The notes below the pieces were generated by a model, which saw nothing but the letters and a program-made list of their open reading frames with translations, was not told the origin of the DNA and did not search any database. From Clostridia bacterium (GTDB lineage: Bacteria > Bacillota > Clostridia > Christensenellales > UBA1242), in NCBI GenBank assembly GCA_900753315.1, contig CAADYP010000010.1, positions 1,267-65,266 of the forward strand: a stretch of 64,000 bases of DNA, given 5' to 3'. Positions 36,593-45,709 of this stretch are shown piece by piece (within the stretch, counting starts at the first letter, position 1; the number at the start of each line of letters is the position of its first letter). The translations under genes were made by a program, and so were the position numbers.

Positions 36593-38332
36593 TTAGATTT
36601 TCTTTGTTTTTACTTCTTCTTTAAGTCTGTTTTCAAAGTCGTCAAGATTAAGCCCACTTTTGTTTTCAAATCCACGACCACGAATTGAAATTGTTCCGTT
36701 CTTTTCTTCTTCGTCACCAACAATAACAAGATAAGGTATCTTCATGTTTGATGCTTCACGAATTTTATATCCTATTTTTTCGTTTCTCAAATCTTCTTCA
36801 ACTCTAAACCCTGCTTTAAACAATTGTTCTTTAACTTTGTGAGCATAATCATTGTTTCTTTCTGTTAAAGACAAAACCCTAATTTGTTCTGGAGCAAGCC
36901 AAAGTGGGAATGCTCCTGCAAAGTTTTCAATCAAAAGTCCCATAAAGCGGTCAAGTGATCCATAAATAACTCTGTGAATCATAATTGGTCTGTGTTTTTC
37001 ACCATCTTCACCAACATATTCAAGGTCAAATCTTTGTGGAAGTTGGAAGTCAAGTTGAATAGTTCCACATTGCCAAGTTCTGCCCAATGTGTCCGTAAGA
37101 TGAAAATCGATTTTTGGCCCATAAAAAGCGCCATCTCCTTCGTTGATGACATAGTCTCTTCCCAATTCGTCAAGAGCGTTTTTAAGTCCGTTTGTTGCCA
37201 TTTCCCAATCTTCATCACTGCCCATACTATTTTCTGGACGAGTTGACAATTCGATATGATAATCAAAGTTGAAAATCTTGTAAACTCTGTCAATCAAAGC
37301 CACAACACCTTTGATTTCGTCTTTGATTTGTTCTGGCGTCATAAAGATGTGTGCGTCATCTTGTGTGAATGAACGAACACGCAAAAGTCCGCCAAGTTCA
37401 CCTGACTTTTCGTATCTATGAACAAGTCCCAATTCGCCAAGTCTAAGTGGCAAATCTCTATATGAATGTGGTTCGTTTTTATAAACAAGCACGCCACCTG
37501 GACAGTTCATTGGCTTGATAGCATAAATATCTTCATCAATTTGAGAAAGATACATATTGTTTTTGTAGTGATCCCAGTGTCCTGATGTTTCCCAAAGATG
37601 TCTGTTGAGCATAATTGGTGTCATAATTTCTTTATAGCCAGCTTCTCTGTGAATCTCTCTCCAAAAATCAATCAAACAGTTTCTTACAATCATTCCGTTT
37701 GGAAGATAGAATGGAAAACCAGGTCCTTCTGGAGAAATCATAAACAATTTGAGTTCTTTTCCAAGTTTTCTGTTATCACGCTTCTTTGCTTCTTCAATCA
37801 TTGCAATGTGATCAGCCAAATCTTTCTTTGTCTTGTATGCATAGCAATAAATTCTTTGGAGCATCTTGTTCTTTTCGTCTCCACGCCAGTAAGCGCCATT
37901 CACGCTGTGAATCTTAAATCCCATGTTTTGCAAATTTCTTGAACTTTCAACATGAGGTCCACGGCACAAATCAAAGAAATCATCTCCTGTATAATAGATA
38001 GAAACTTCTTCACCTGCTGGAAGTTCTTCAATGATTTCAGTTTTGAAAGTGTTGTCCTTGAAAAGTCTCAAGGCTTCTTCCTTTGAAACAACCTTTTTCG
38101 TGAAAGATTCACCTTTGTTGATGATTTCTTTCATCTTCTTCTCGATCTTGTCATATTCGTCAGCAGTGATTGAATGAGCAAGGTCAATATCATAATAGAA
38201 GCCATCATCAATTGCAGGTCCAATTGTGAGTTTGGTTTCTGGGTAAAGGCTCATAATTGCCTTTGCCAAAATATGAGCCATAGAATGTCTTGCTTTGTGC
38301 AATTCTTCGTCATGTTCTTTTTTGATTTCCAT
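36593..38332 (-). CDS. thrS: Threonine--tRNA ligase lacking the N-terminal TGS domain
   Basis: RHSMAHILAKAI (editing-domain HxxxH), FFDLCRGPH, RDNRKLGKEL, MNCPGG, class II core and C-terminal anticodon-binding domain. At 579 aa, it starts where residue ~75 of B. subtilis ThrS would align. Confidence 0.92.
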   Translation of the reverse strand: MEIKKEHDEELHKARHSMAHILAKAIMSLYPETKLTIGPAIDDGFYYDIDLAHSITADEYDKIEKKMKEIINKGESFTKKVVSKEEALRLFKDNTFKTEIIEELPAGEEVSIYYTGDDFFDLCRGPHVESSRNLQNMGFKIHSVNGAYWRGDEKNKMLQRIYCYAYKTKKDLADHIAMIEEAKKRDNRKLGKELKLFMISPEGPGFPFYLPNGMIVRNCLIDFWREIHREAGYKEIMTPIMLNRHLWETSGHWDHYKNNMYLSQIDEDIYAIKPMNCPGGVLVYKNEPHSYRDLPLRLGELGLVHRYEKSGELGGLLRVRSFTQDDAHIFMTPEQIKDEIKGVVALIDRVYKIFNFDYHIELSTRPENSMGSDEDWEMATNGLKNALDELGRDYVINEGDGAFYGPKIDFHLTDTLGRTWQCGTIQLDFQLPQRFDLEYVGEDGEKHRPIMIHRVIYGSLDRFMGLLIENFAGAFPLWLAPEQIRVLSLTERNNDYAHKVKEQLFKAGFRVEEDLRNEKIGYKIREASNMKIPYLVIVGDEEEKNGTISIRGRGFENKSGLNLDDFENRLKEEVKTKKI

Positions 38333-38344
38333 AATTTTTTCTCC

Positions 38345-38575
38345 TTTTTGGGCAATAAAAAACGCCCTTAAAAACTTTTAAGGACGATTTGAATACCGCG
38401 GTTCCACCTTAATTGCGTAAAAACTTTTTTCACGCCTCTCTTTTGTCGCATCTTGTTTGCAAAAATGCTCTTTCGCAAAAGTGGTTTCACTTGTCTTTTG
38501 TGTTAAAGTTTTTCACCAGCCAACTTTTCTCTGTGCACACCAAAAGATGCTACTTGTCTTTCACTAGATACTTGC
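38345..38575 (-). promoter_or_regulatory. T-box riboswitch leader with Thr (ACC) specifier, controlling thrS
   Basis: Minus-strand elements: AGTGAAAG / AGTAGC at the stem I base; distal CAGAGAAAAGTTGGCTGGTGAAAA; specifier loop GTGAA-ACC-A (ACC at 38485-38483); T-box AAGGTGGAACCGCGG (38409-38395); terminator CGTCCTTAA/TTAAGGGCG plus T6 (38386-38357). Confidence 0.85.
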
Positions 38576-38579
38576 CATT

Positions 38580-38608
38580 ATTTTAACTCTATATTTTTTT
38601 GTTGTCAA
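38580..38608 (-). promoter_or_regulatory. Sigma-A promoter of the thrS T-box leader
   Basis: The minus strand reads TTGACA (38608-03), 17-nt spacer, TAAAAT (38585-80). Confidence 0.6.
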
Positions 38609-38631
38609 GAAAAAACGCAAAAATTTTTCTT

Positions 38632-39408
38632 CTATTTCAATATAGAGAATTTATCCAGCTTTTCCAAGTTTTTATTGTAACAAACATTCAATCTTTCTTC
38701 AAAGATTTTTGACAGAAAACCAGCCGTGTTGTCATCACTTGTGCAAAAGAGATTTATCTTTTTGGGGCAAAGTTCTATCAACGATGAAACTAGTCCTTCC
38801 TGTGACAAATTTTCATATGCACAATCTTCTGCCGAATTTTGTGGAGTGATGAAATATCCGTCTTCTTTTTCAAAGACATCAATCTCATCTTCACAAACTT
38901 CCAAATTGTCAATCAAAAATTTGAGTAGGTCAAAAAACGCTTCATTGCTGACAAGATAGTCACTGTTTTCATTTGCAAGATTTATAAGTTCTGTCCACTT
39001 TTCTCGCAAAGATTTAAGTCCAAAAAAATAAAACGAATCCAAGTGCAAATTTCTGTCCAAGTTCAAGTTTTTGCTGATAAGATAAAAATCCGTCTCCTTG
39101 TCAAAATTTATAAGTGCCTTTTTGAACGCCATCAAACTCATCTTTTCATGTAAAGGAAGTCTCAAATTTTGAGATAAAAAATTCTCCTTATAAAAATTGC
39201 AAATTGCTTTGATGATACATCTTTCAATGACCATTTCCGCCCTTTTTTGTTCGTTTTCTGGACAACCAAAAACAATAAAGATGTTTTCAAATTCTTCATA
39301 ACAAGTCACCACTGCACCAAAGTCAGCGGTTTGAGTTTTCAAAGTTTGGTAGACAAATTTTGCAATTTCAATGTTTTTCGAACCAACAGAAATAGAAAGT
39401 TCCCACAT
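38632..39408 (-). CDS. ytxC: Putative sporulation protein YtxC
   Basis: It sits immediately upstream of thrS, as ytxC does in Bacillus. The size (258 aa) and acidic alpha/beta character fit the YtxC family. GGAG SD. The assignment rests mainly on synteny. Confidence 0.45.
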   Translation of the reverse strand: MWELSISVGSKNIEIAKFVYQTLKTQTADFGAVVTCYEEFENIFIVFGCPENEQKRAEMVIERCIIKAICNFYKENFLSQNLRLPLHEKMSLMAFKKALINFDKETDFYLISKNLNLDRNLHLDSFYFFGLKSLREKWTELINLANENSDYLVSNEAFFDLLKFLIDNLEVCEDEIDVFEKEDGYFITPQNSAEDCAYENLSQEGLVSSLIELCPKKINLFCTSDDNTAGFLSKIFEERLNVCYNKNLEKLDKFSILK

Positions 39409-39683
39409 AAATTCTCCTTATAAAACAATCACTCTATCTCTTTTGTAAAATCAGTTTCTATTAGAATGCATCACTTGTTTGTTTTTATTACAACGAAAAA
39501 TGCCAATGCAAAACTGTCTATCAAACACAAAAAACACTTCTCAAACTTTTCCACATACACTATTGTATGCGTCAGGTTTGAAAAAACTCAAAATTTTATT
39601 TTTATTTTGCAAATATTCTTTTTCGTTTGACTTTTAATAAGATTTTTAAGATAATTAAACCATAAAAGGAATATTATAAAGAT

Positions 39684-40481
39684 ATGAAGAAAAAGTTTTC
39701 TGTTTTGCTTCTTGCAATAGTCGTTTTGCCTTTGCTTGCCCTGTTTGGTTGCAATGAAGTTTCATCTTATCCTGTTTATGTTTTTTCAAGTTATCTTGAC
39801 TGTGGGTCTGTTGCTGGTGCTGGCACTTACAAAGAAGGAGAAACAGTCACTCTCCTTGCCAATGCAAAAGATGGAAGCAATTTTATTTGTTGGGTTTTTC
39901 AAAATTCTACCGAACTTTCAAATGGCGAAATTTTCAACATAACCAACGAAACAGACACCGCTCAAAAAATCAAAAAAAGCACACTTTCATTTGTTATGAC
40001 AAGTGATCGTAAAGGGAAATATACAGCAATTTTCTCTGACACAAAAATGATGTATGCAAAATTGGATTCAATGTATTTGACAACTGATTTGACAGCAGAG
40101 CCAAAAGAAGATGACGCAACAAAAGAAGCAATATTGTCAGAAAGTTTGCACATATCACAAGGCATGACAAATTCAAATTTGGTTACAGTTTTTGAAAATA
40201 GTGAAGTGGATTTCAAAGATTCAACACTCATCTCTTTTAAAGATATAAATCAAGTTTTGAAACTCTCAACTGATGTCGAACAACTTTTGAAAGTGGAACT
40301 TGGAACAAAAACTCTTCGTGCAAGTTTGACATTTCAAACAAACAAAGATTGGGTAGAAAATAGCAATTACAGTTACAAAGTTTCTTATGAAAATGGCACA
40401 TACAAAATTGTATTTAGTTTTGATTCAAGTGAAAATCAAACATTATATTTGGTATTAAATTATCACAATTTAGCTGCCTAA
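39684..40481 (+). CDS. Lipoprotein with an N-terminal InlB-B-repeat-like (Listeria-Bacteroides repeat type) module
   Basis: Lipobox LLALFG-C. YPVYVFSSYLDCGSVAGAGTYKEGETVTLLANAKDGSNFICW follows the G-x-V-x-G-x-G-x-Y-x-x-G-x-x-V-T-L-x-A pattern. A TTGACT-17-GATAAT promoter lies upstream. Confidence 0.5.
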   Translation: MKKKFSVLLLAIVVLPLLALFGCNEVSSYPVYVFSSYLDCGSVAGAGTYKEGETVTLLANAKDGSNFICWVFQNSTELSNGEIFNITNETDTAQKIKKSTLSFVMTSDRKGKYTAIFSDTKMMYAKLDSMYLTTDLTAEPKEDDATKEAILSESLHISQGMTNSNLVTVFENSEVDFKDSTLISFKDINQVLKLSTDVEQLLKVELGTKTLRASLTFQTNKDWVENSNYSYKVSYENGTYKIVFSFDSSENQTLYLVLNYHNLAA

Positions 40482-40503
40482 AATTTGATAAAAACACAAA
40501 AAA

Positions 40504-40528
40504 CAGCATCACGTGATGCTGTTTTTTT
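40504..40528 (+). terminator. Terminator after the lipoprotein gene
   Basis: Perfect 18-nt palindrome CAGCATCACGTGATGCTG (40504-21) followed by T7. Confidence 0.85.
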
Positions 40529-40637
40529 GACATTTCCAATTTTTTATTTTATTTTGTTTTTAATATTTTTCGATAATTTAAAATTATTTTTTATGATTTT
40601 TTCAATTTTATATTTTTATTTTCAATTTAATTTCAAA

Positions 40638-41387
40638 TTATTTTTCATATTCTACTTTTTTCAAATATAGTCCACTTGCTGGCATTGTCTGTCCTGCAAG
40701 CCTTCTATCTTTTGATTCTATGATTTTTATCATATCATTTGCCGACAATCTTTTTCTTCCAAAATCAAGAAGAGTGCCGACAACAATTCTTACCATGTTA
40801 TACAAAAATCCATTTCCAGTGATTTCAAAAATAACTATTTTTTTGTTTTGTTCAATTTTTATATCATAAATTTCTCTTTCAAAATTTGACACACTTGTAT
40901 CAGCAGAACAAAACGCTTGGAAGTCATGTTTTCCTATCAATACCTTGCTTGCACTTTTCATTGTTTCTATGTCAACATCTTTGTAAGGATAAACTGCAAT
41001 AAAATCACCTTCAAATGCTGAAACATCTTCTCCCAATTTGACAAGATATCTGTATGTCTTTTTCTTTGCTGAAAACCTTGCATGGAAATCATCTTTTGCA
41101 TTTTCAACTTTTTTTATTCTTATGTCTTTTGGCAAAAGGCTATTTAAAACTTCTTTGCATCTGCTTGTTGGAATTGGATTTTCAATTTTGACACTCGCAA
41201 CCTGCCCAAGTGCGTGCACACCACTATCCGTTCTACCGCTTCCTTCAACAACAATATCATTTTCATTTGGACAAAGTTTTGTAAAAGCAGTTTCAAGTTC
41301 TCCTTGAACTGTTCTTTTCCCATTTTGTTTTTGCCACCCAGAAAAGTTTGCACCATTATACTCAATCGTCAATTTCAAATTTCTCAT
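40638..41387 (-). CDS. truA: tRNA pseudouridine(38-40) synthase TruA
   Basis: LTIEYNGANFSGWQKQ...GSGRTDSGVHALGQVASV...FLYNMVR are TruA motifs. Confidence 0.9.
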   Translation of the reverse strand: MRNLKLTIEYNGANFSGWQKQNGKRTVQGELETAFTKLCPNENDIVVEGSGRTDSGVHALGQVASVKIENPIPTSRCKEVLNSLLPKDIRIKKVENAKDDFHARFSAKKKTYRYLVKLGEDVSAFEGDFIAVYPYKDVDIETMKSASKVLIGKHDFQAFCSADTSVSNFEREIYDIKIEQNKKIVIFEITGNGFLYNMVRIVVGTLLDFGRKRLSANDMIKIIESKDRRLAGQTMPASGLYLKKVEYEK

Positions 41388-41546
41388 GTTTTTATTTTAA
41401 TAATTTTGCCTACATTATGCAAATATATTTTAAAGAAATAAAAAATAATATAAATAATTTGACTTGAAAACTGAAAAAGTTATAAACTTATCTTAAAGAT
41501 AAACTTGCTCAAAATTGGACTAAAAATTTAAAACATAGGAGATAAT

Positions 41547-44500
41547 ATGAAAAAAGTTGTTGACGGGAACACCGCTGCCGCCATGGTAGCATACAAATTG
41601 TCGGAAGTCATTCCAATTTACCCAATCACTCCATCTTCACCAATGGCGGAATACTGTGATGGAGAAGTGTCAGTTGGACACAAAAACATTTTTGAAGAAC
41701 TTCCTACCTTGATTGAAATGCAATCAGAAGCAGGCGTTGCTGGCACTTTGCATGGAAGTCTTTGTGCTGGTGCAATGACCACAACTTTCACATCGAGCCA
41801 AGGTCTTCTGCTGATGATTCCAAATCTCTATAAACTTGCTGGCGAACATTTGCCTTGCGTTGTTCATGTTGCGGCAAGAAGCCTTGCAACTCACGCTCTT
41901 TCAATTTTTGGTGACCACAGTGATGTTATGGCAACTCGTCAAACTGGTTGCATCTTGCTCTCATCTGCTTCTGTCCAACAAGCTCATGACTTTGCTCTTA
42001 TTGCTCATATCTTGGCTTACAAAACCTCCCTCCCTGTAATTCATTTCTTTGATGGATTTAGGACTTCTCATGAAATTCAAAAAATTGAAGTCGTAAGTGA
42101 CGATACAATCAAAGCAATGCTCCCAGCAGAAGAAATCAAAACATTTAGAGAAAGTCGCATGACACCTGATGCTCCTTATCAAAAAGGCACAGCACAAAAC
42201 CCTGATGTATTTTTCCAAAATAGAGAACTCTCATCTCCTGCTTACAGAAAAGTTTTCAAAGTTTTGAATGACATTTTAAAACAATTTGCATCTCTCACAG
42301 GTCGCAAATATTCTGCCTATGACCTTATTGGCATCAAAAAACCAAAAAATTTGATTGTAAGCATGGGCTCTTCTTGTGAATGTATTGAAGAAGTTTTGGA
42401 AAATGACAAAACTCTTTCAAAAGACACTGCTCTTTTAAACACACACCTTTATCGTCCATTTGATTATGAAAAATTTTCCAAAGCAATCCCTGCAAGTGTA
42501 GAAAAAATTGTTGTTTTGGACAGAACAAAAGAATGTGGCGCAAGAGAACCACTTTATCTTGATGTAGTCACCGCTTTGAAAGACCGTCCAGAAATCAAAA
42601 TTGTTGGTGGAAGATATGGTCTTGGCGGGAAAGAATTTACACCAAGCATGGTAAAAGCAGTTATCAAAAATTTTGACAACATGAAAGATGACTTCACAGT
42701 TGGGATTGATGATGATGTTTCAAACTCATCTTTGCCACTTGAAGACTATCACACAAACACAAAAGCATTTCAAATGAAATTTTATGGGCTCGGCTCTGAC
42801 GGAACTGTTTCCGCAAGCAAAAGCACAATCAAAATTTTGGGAGACGAACTCGACAAATATGTTCAAGGCTATTTTGAATACGACAGCAAAAAGAGTGGAA
42901 GTTTGACACGCTCCCATGTCAGAGTAAGCGACAAACCAATCAAAAGCACCTACCTCGTGCAAAAAGCGGACATTGTTTCAATCAGCAATTTCTCATTTGT
43001 TCACAAATACAACTGTCTTGAAGGTTTGAAAGAAAACGGAAAAGTTTTGATAAATTCTGTTTTCTCCGCTGACGAAGTGGACAAAGTTTTACCTGACATC
43101 TACAAAAAAGAATTGCAAGCAAAGCATGCCAGTCTTTATGTGGTAAACGCACAAAAAATCGCTGAAGAAGTCGGACTTGGAAACAAAATAAATATGATTA
43201 TGCAAACCGCACTCTTCAAAGTTTCAAACATAATTCCATTTAAAGATGCAAAAGAACAAATTGAAAAATATATCAAAAAAACTTTTGCAAAGAAAGGTCA
43301 AAAGGTTGTTGACAAAAACATAAAAGCAATGCAACTTGCTGATGACAAAATTGAAAAAGTAGATATTTCAAAATTCACTTTCAAAGGCTTGGAACTTGAA
43401 AAGAAAAACATTTCAGACAAGTTCTACCAAAAGATTATGCGTCCTATTGAAGAACTCCAAGGTGACAAACTTCCTGTTTCAGCATTTGACAAAGCGGGAA
43501 GAATCCCAAGCGGAACAGCAGAATTTGAAAAACGTGGCATAGCAGCCCACCTTCCTTTGTGGCTTCCAAAAAATTGTATCCAATGCGGGCAATGCGTAAT
43601 CTCTTGTCCACACAATGCAATTCGTCCAGTTTTGGTAAAAGGCGAGACCCCAGAAGAACTCGAGTTTGCAGCAGCATTTGGAATGAATGGCTATTATTAT
43701 CGTTTGCAAGTCAGCCCAGAAGATTGCACAGGCTGTGGAGTTTGTGCAAACAACTGTATTGCAAAAAACAAAGCACTTGAAATGAAAATGGCAAATGAAA
43801 TTTTGGAACAAGAAAAGAAAAATTATGCTCTCACCCAAACTTTGAAAACCGAAAAAGAAACACCATTCTCAACAGATATGCCAAAAGGACTTCAATTCAA
43901 AGATTGCTATTTTGGTTTTTCTGGTGCTTGTGGTGGCTGTGGCGAAACTCCTTATATCAAACTTGCAACAACCCTTTTTGGTGACAGAATGGTGATCGCA
44001 AACGCAACTGGATGCTCAAGCATATATGGTGGTTCTTTCCCATCTTGTCCATATCTCAAAGACGAAAACGGCAAAGGTCCAGCATGGGCAAATTCACTCT
44101 TTGAAGACAATGCAGAATTTGGACTTGGCATAAAACTTGGCAGCAAATATGCAACAAAATCAAACGAGAGTGTTTGGATAATTGGTGGAGATGGCTGGGC
44201 TTATGACATTGGATATGGCGGTCTAGACCATATTTTGAACGGCAAAGCAAATGTAAATATACTTGTTCTTGACACAGAAGTTTATTCAAACACAGGCGGA
44301 CAAGCATCAAAATCAACTCCACGTGGTGCGATGGTAAAATTTGCAAACTCCGGCAAGCAAACAAAGAAGAAAAACTTGGTGGCACTTGCCATTGCTTCAA
44401 AAAATTGTTATGTGGCACAAGTCAGCCTTGGTGCAAACATGAACCAATGCATAAAAGCATTCAAAGAAGCAGAGGCATTTGACGGCCCAAGTTTGATTGT

Positions 44501-44804
44501 AGCCTACTCACCTTGCATAAACCATGGTTTTGATATGTCTCAAACAACAACCGAAATGCGTAAAGCGGTTGAATGTGGATATTGGTCACTTTTGAGATAC
44601 AACCCACAAACATCACAACTTTCGCTTGACAGCAACAGCGACTTTGACAAATATGATGATTATATCAATGGCGAAAGTCGTTTCAGTGCCATCAAAGAAC
44701 TCAAGGGTGAAGAAGCAAAAGTTTTGCTTAACGAAAGCAAAAATGACGCAAGAGAAAGAATTGAAACAATCAAAAAATTCATAAACAAAAACGAAAATGC
44801 GTAA
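41547..44804 (+). CDS. nifJ: Pyruvate:ferredoxin (flavodoxin) oxidoreductase, single-chain
   Basis: DGNTAAAMVAYKLSEVIPIYPITPSSPM, two ferredoxin motifs (CIQCGQCVISCP, CTGCGVCANNC), and TPP motif GGDGWAYDIGYGGLDH. 1085 aa. Confidence 0.9.
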   Translation: MKKVVDGNTAAAMVAYKLSEVIPIYPITPSSPMAEYCDGEVSVGHKNIFEELPTLIEMQSEAGVAGTLHGSLCAGAMTTTFTSSQGLLLMIPNLYKLAGEHLPCVVHVAARSLATHALSIFGDHSDVMATRQTGCILLSSASVQQAHDFALIAHILAYKTSLPVIHFFDGFRTSHEIQKIEVVSDDTIKAMLPAEEIKTFRESRMTPDAPYQKGTAQNPDVFFQNRELSSPAYRKVFKVLNDILKQFASLTGRKYSAYDLIGIKKPKNLIVSMGSSCECIEEVLENDKTLSKDTALLNTHLYRPFDYEKFSKAIPASVEKIVVLDRTKECGAREPLYLDVVTALKDRPEIKIVGGRYGLGGKEFTPSMVKAVIKNFDNMKDDFTVGIDDDVSNSSLPLEDYHTNTKAFQMKFYGLGSDGTVSASKSTIKILGDELDKYVQGYFEYDSKKSGSLTRSHVRVSDKPIKSTYLVQKADIVSISNFSFVHKYNCLEGLKENGKVLINSVFSADEVDKVLPDIYKKELQAKHASLYVVNAQKIAEEVGLGNKINMIMQTALFKVSNIIPFKDAKEQIEKYIKKTFAKKGQKVVDKNIKAMQLADDKIEKVDISKFTFKGLELEKKNISDKFYQKIMRPIEELQGDKLPVSAFDKAGRIPSGTAEFEKRGIAAHLPLWLPKNCIQCGQCVISCPHNAIRPVLVKGETPEELEFAAAFGMNGYYYRLQVSPEDCTGCGVCANNCIAKNKALEMKMANEILEQEKKNYALTQTLKTEKETPFSTDMPKGLQFKDCYFGFSGACGGCGETPYIKLATTLFGDRMVIANATGCSSIYGGSFPSCPYLKDENGKGPAWANSLFEDNAEFGLGIKLGSKYATKSNESVWIIGGDGWAYDIGYGGLDHILNGKANVNILVLDTEVYSNTGGQASKSTPRGAMVKFANSGKQTKKKNLVALAIASKNCYVAQVSLGANMNQCIKAFKEAEAFDGPSLIVAYSPCINHGFDMSQTTTEMRKAVECGYWSLLRYNPQTSQLSLDSNSDFDKYDDYINGESRFSAIKELKGEEAKVLLNESKNDARERIETIKKFINKNENA

Positions 44805-44884
44805 ATTTAACTAACGAAAAAAGATTTGACAAAACGGCAAAAATTGTATAAAATACAAAAATCAATAATAAAAGGTTGAAAAAA

Positions 44885-45613
44885 ATGGATTTATTTAAGA
44901 CTTGGTTGGTGGAAACACCTATTGCACATAGAGGACTTCACGACAAAAACATTCCTGAAAATTCTTTGGGAGCGTTTGCAAAAGCGATTGAAAAAGGATT
45001 CGCTATCGAACTTGATGTTCAACTTCTTGCTGACGACACAGTTGTTGTTTTCCATGACGACTCACTCGCCCGCATGACAGGAAATGATGGCTATATCAAA
45101 TATCTCAACAAAGAAGACCTCAAAGCACTCAAACTCAAAGGCACAAAAGAAAACATCCCGACTTTGAAAGAAGTTTTGGATTTGGTAGATGGAAGAGTTC
45201 CACTTCTTATAGAAATCAAAAACAAATATAAAGTAGGCAAACTCGAACAAGCCGTTCTTGACATTCTAAAAAACTATCATGGCGAATTTGCAATTCAATC
45301 TTTCAATCCTCTTTCTTTGGGATATGTAAAAAAACACGCCCCACAAATTTTGAGAGGTCAACTTTCAGGAAATTTCAAAAAAGGCGATGCATCTTGGATA
45401 AAGAGATATTTGCTCAAGCGTATGCGTTTCAACAAAAAAGTCAGCCAACCTGATTTCATTTCATACGAAGCCGCAGCACTCCCAAACCGTTATGTCAAAA
45501 AATATAAAAACTTGCCACTTCTTGCATGGACAGTAAAAAGCAAGGAAGAATATTTGAAAGTTGTTAAATATTGCGACAACATCATCTTTGAAAAATTTGA
45601 CCCAGAAATTTAA
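44885..45613 (+). CDS. Glycerophosphodiester phosphodiesterase family protein
   Basis: IAHRGLHDKNIPENSLGAF...GFAIELDVQLLADDTVVVFHDD is the GDPD signature. ATG at 44885; the track's TTG at 44876 is also possible. Confidence 0.8.
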   Translation: MDLFKTWLVETPIAHRGLHDKNIPENSLGAFAKAIEKGFAIELDVQLLADDTVVVFHDDSLARMTGNDGYIKYLNKEDLKALKLKGTKENIPTLKEVLDLVDGRVPLLIEIKNKYKVGKLEQAVLDILKNYHGEFAIQSFNPLSLGYVKKHAPQILRGQLSGNFKKGDASWIKRYLLKRMRFNKKVSQPDFISYEAAALPNRYVKKYKNLPLLAWTVKSKEEYLKVVKYCDNIIFEKFDPEI

Positions 45614-45651
45614 TAAGTCAAATTAAGTCAAACAGACATTATTACAAATAC

Positions 45652-45681
45652 AAAAAGACACCAGAATTGGTGTCTTTTTTT
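45652..45681. terminator. Bidirectional terminator between the GDPD gene and glmS
   Basis: Stem AGACACCA / TGGTGTCT (45656-75), with an A-run upstream and T7 downstream. Confidence 0.8.
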
Positions 45682-45709
45682 CGTCATCTATTGGTTTGAT
45701 TTTCGAGTT

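Noticed and set aside
40485-40670. 61-aa ORF (FFILFLIFF...) in the intergenic block after the lipoprotein gene
   Set aside because: It is the translation of a T-tract spacer that begins inside a terminator hairpin, so it is not a gene.
41547-44804. PFOR seemed short (1085 aa versus about 1170 aa), suggesting a possible truncation or pseudogene
   Set aside because: The N-terminal domain, both 4Fe-4S motifs and the TPP-binding motif are all present in a single uninterrupted frame, so the difference looks like normal length variation at the C-terminus.
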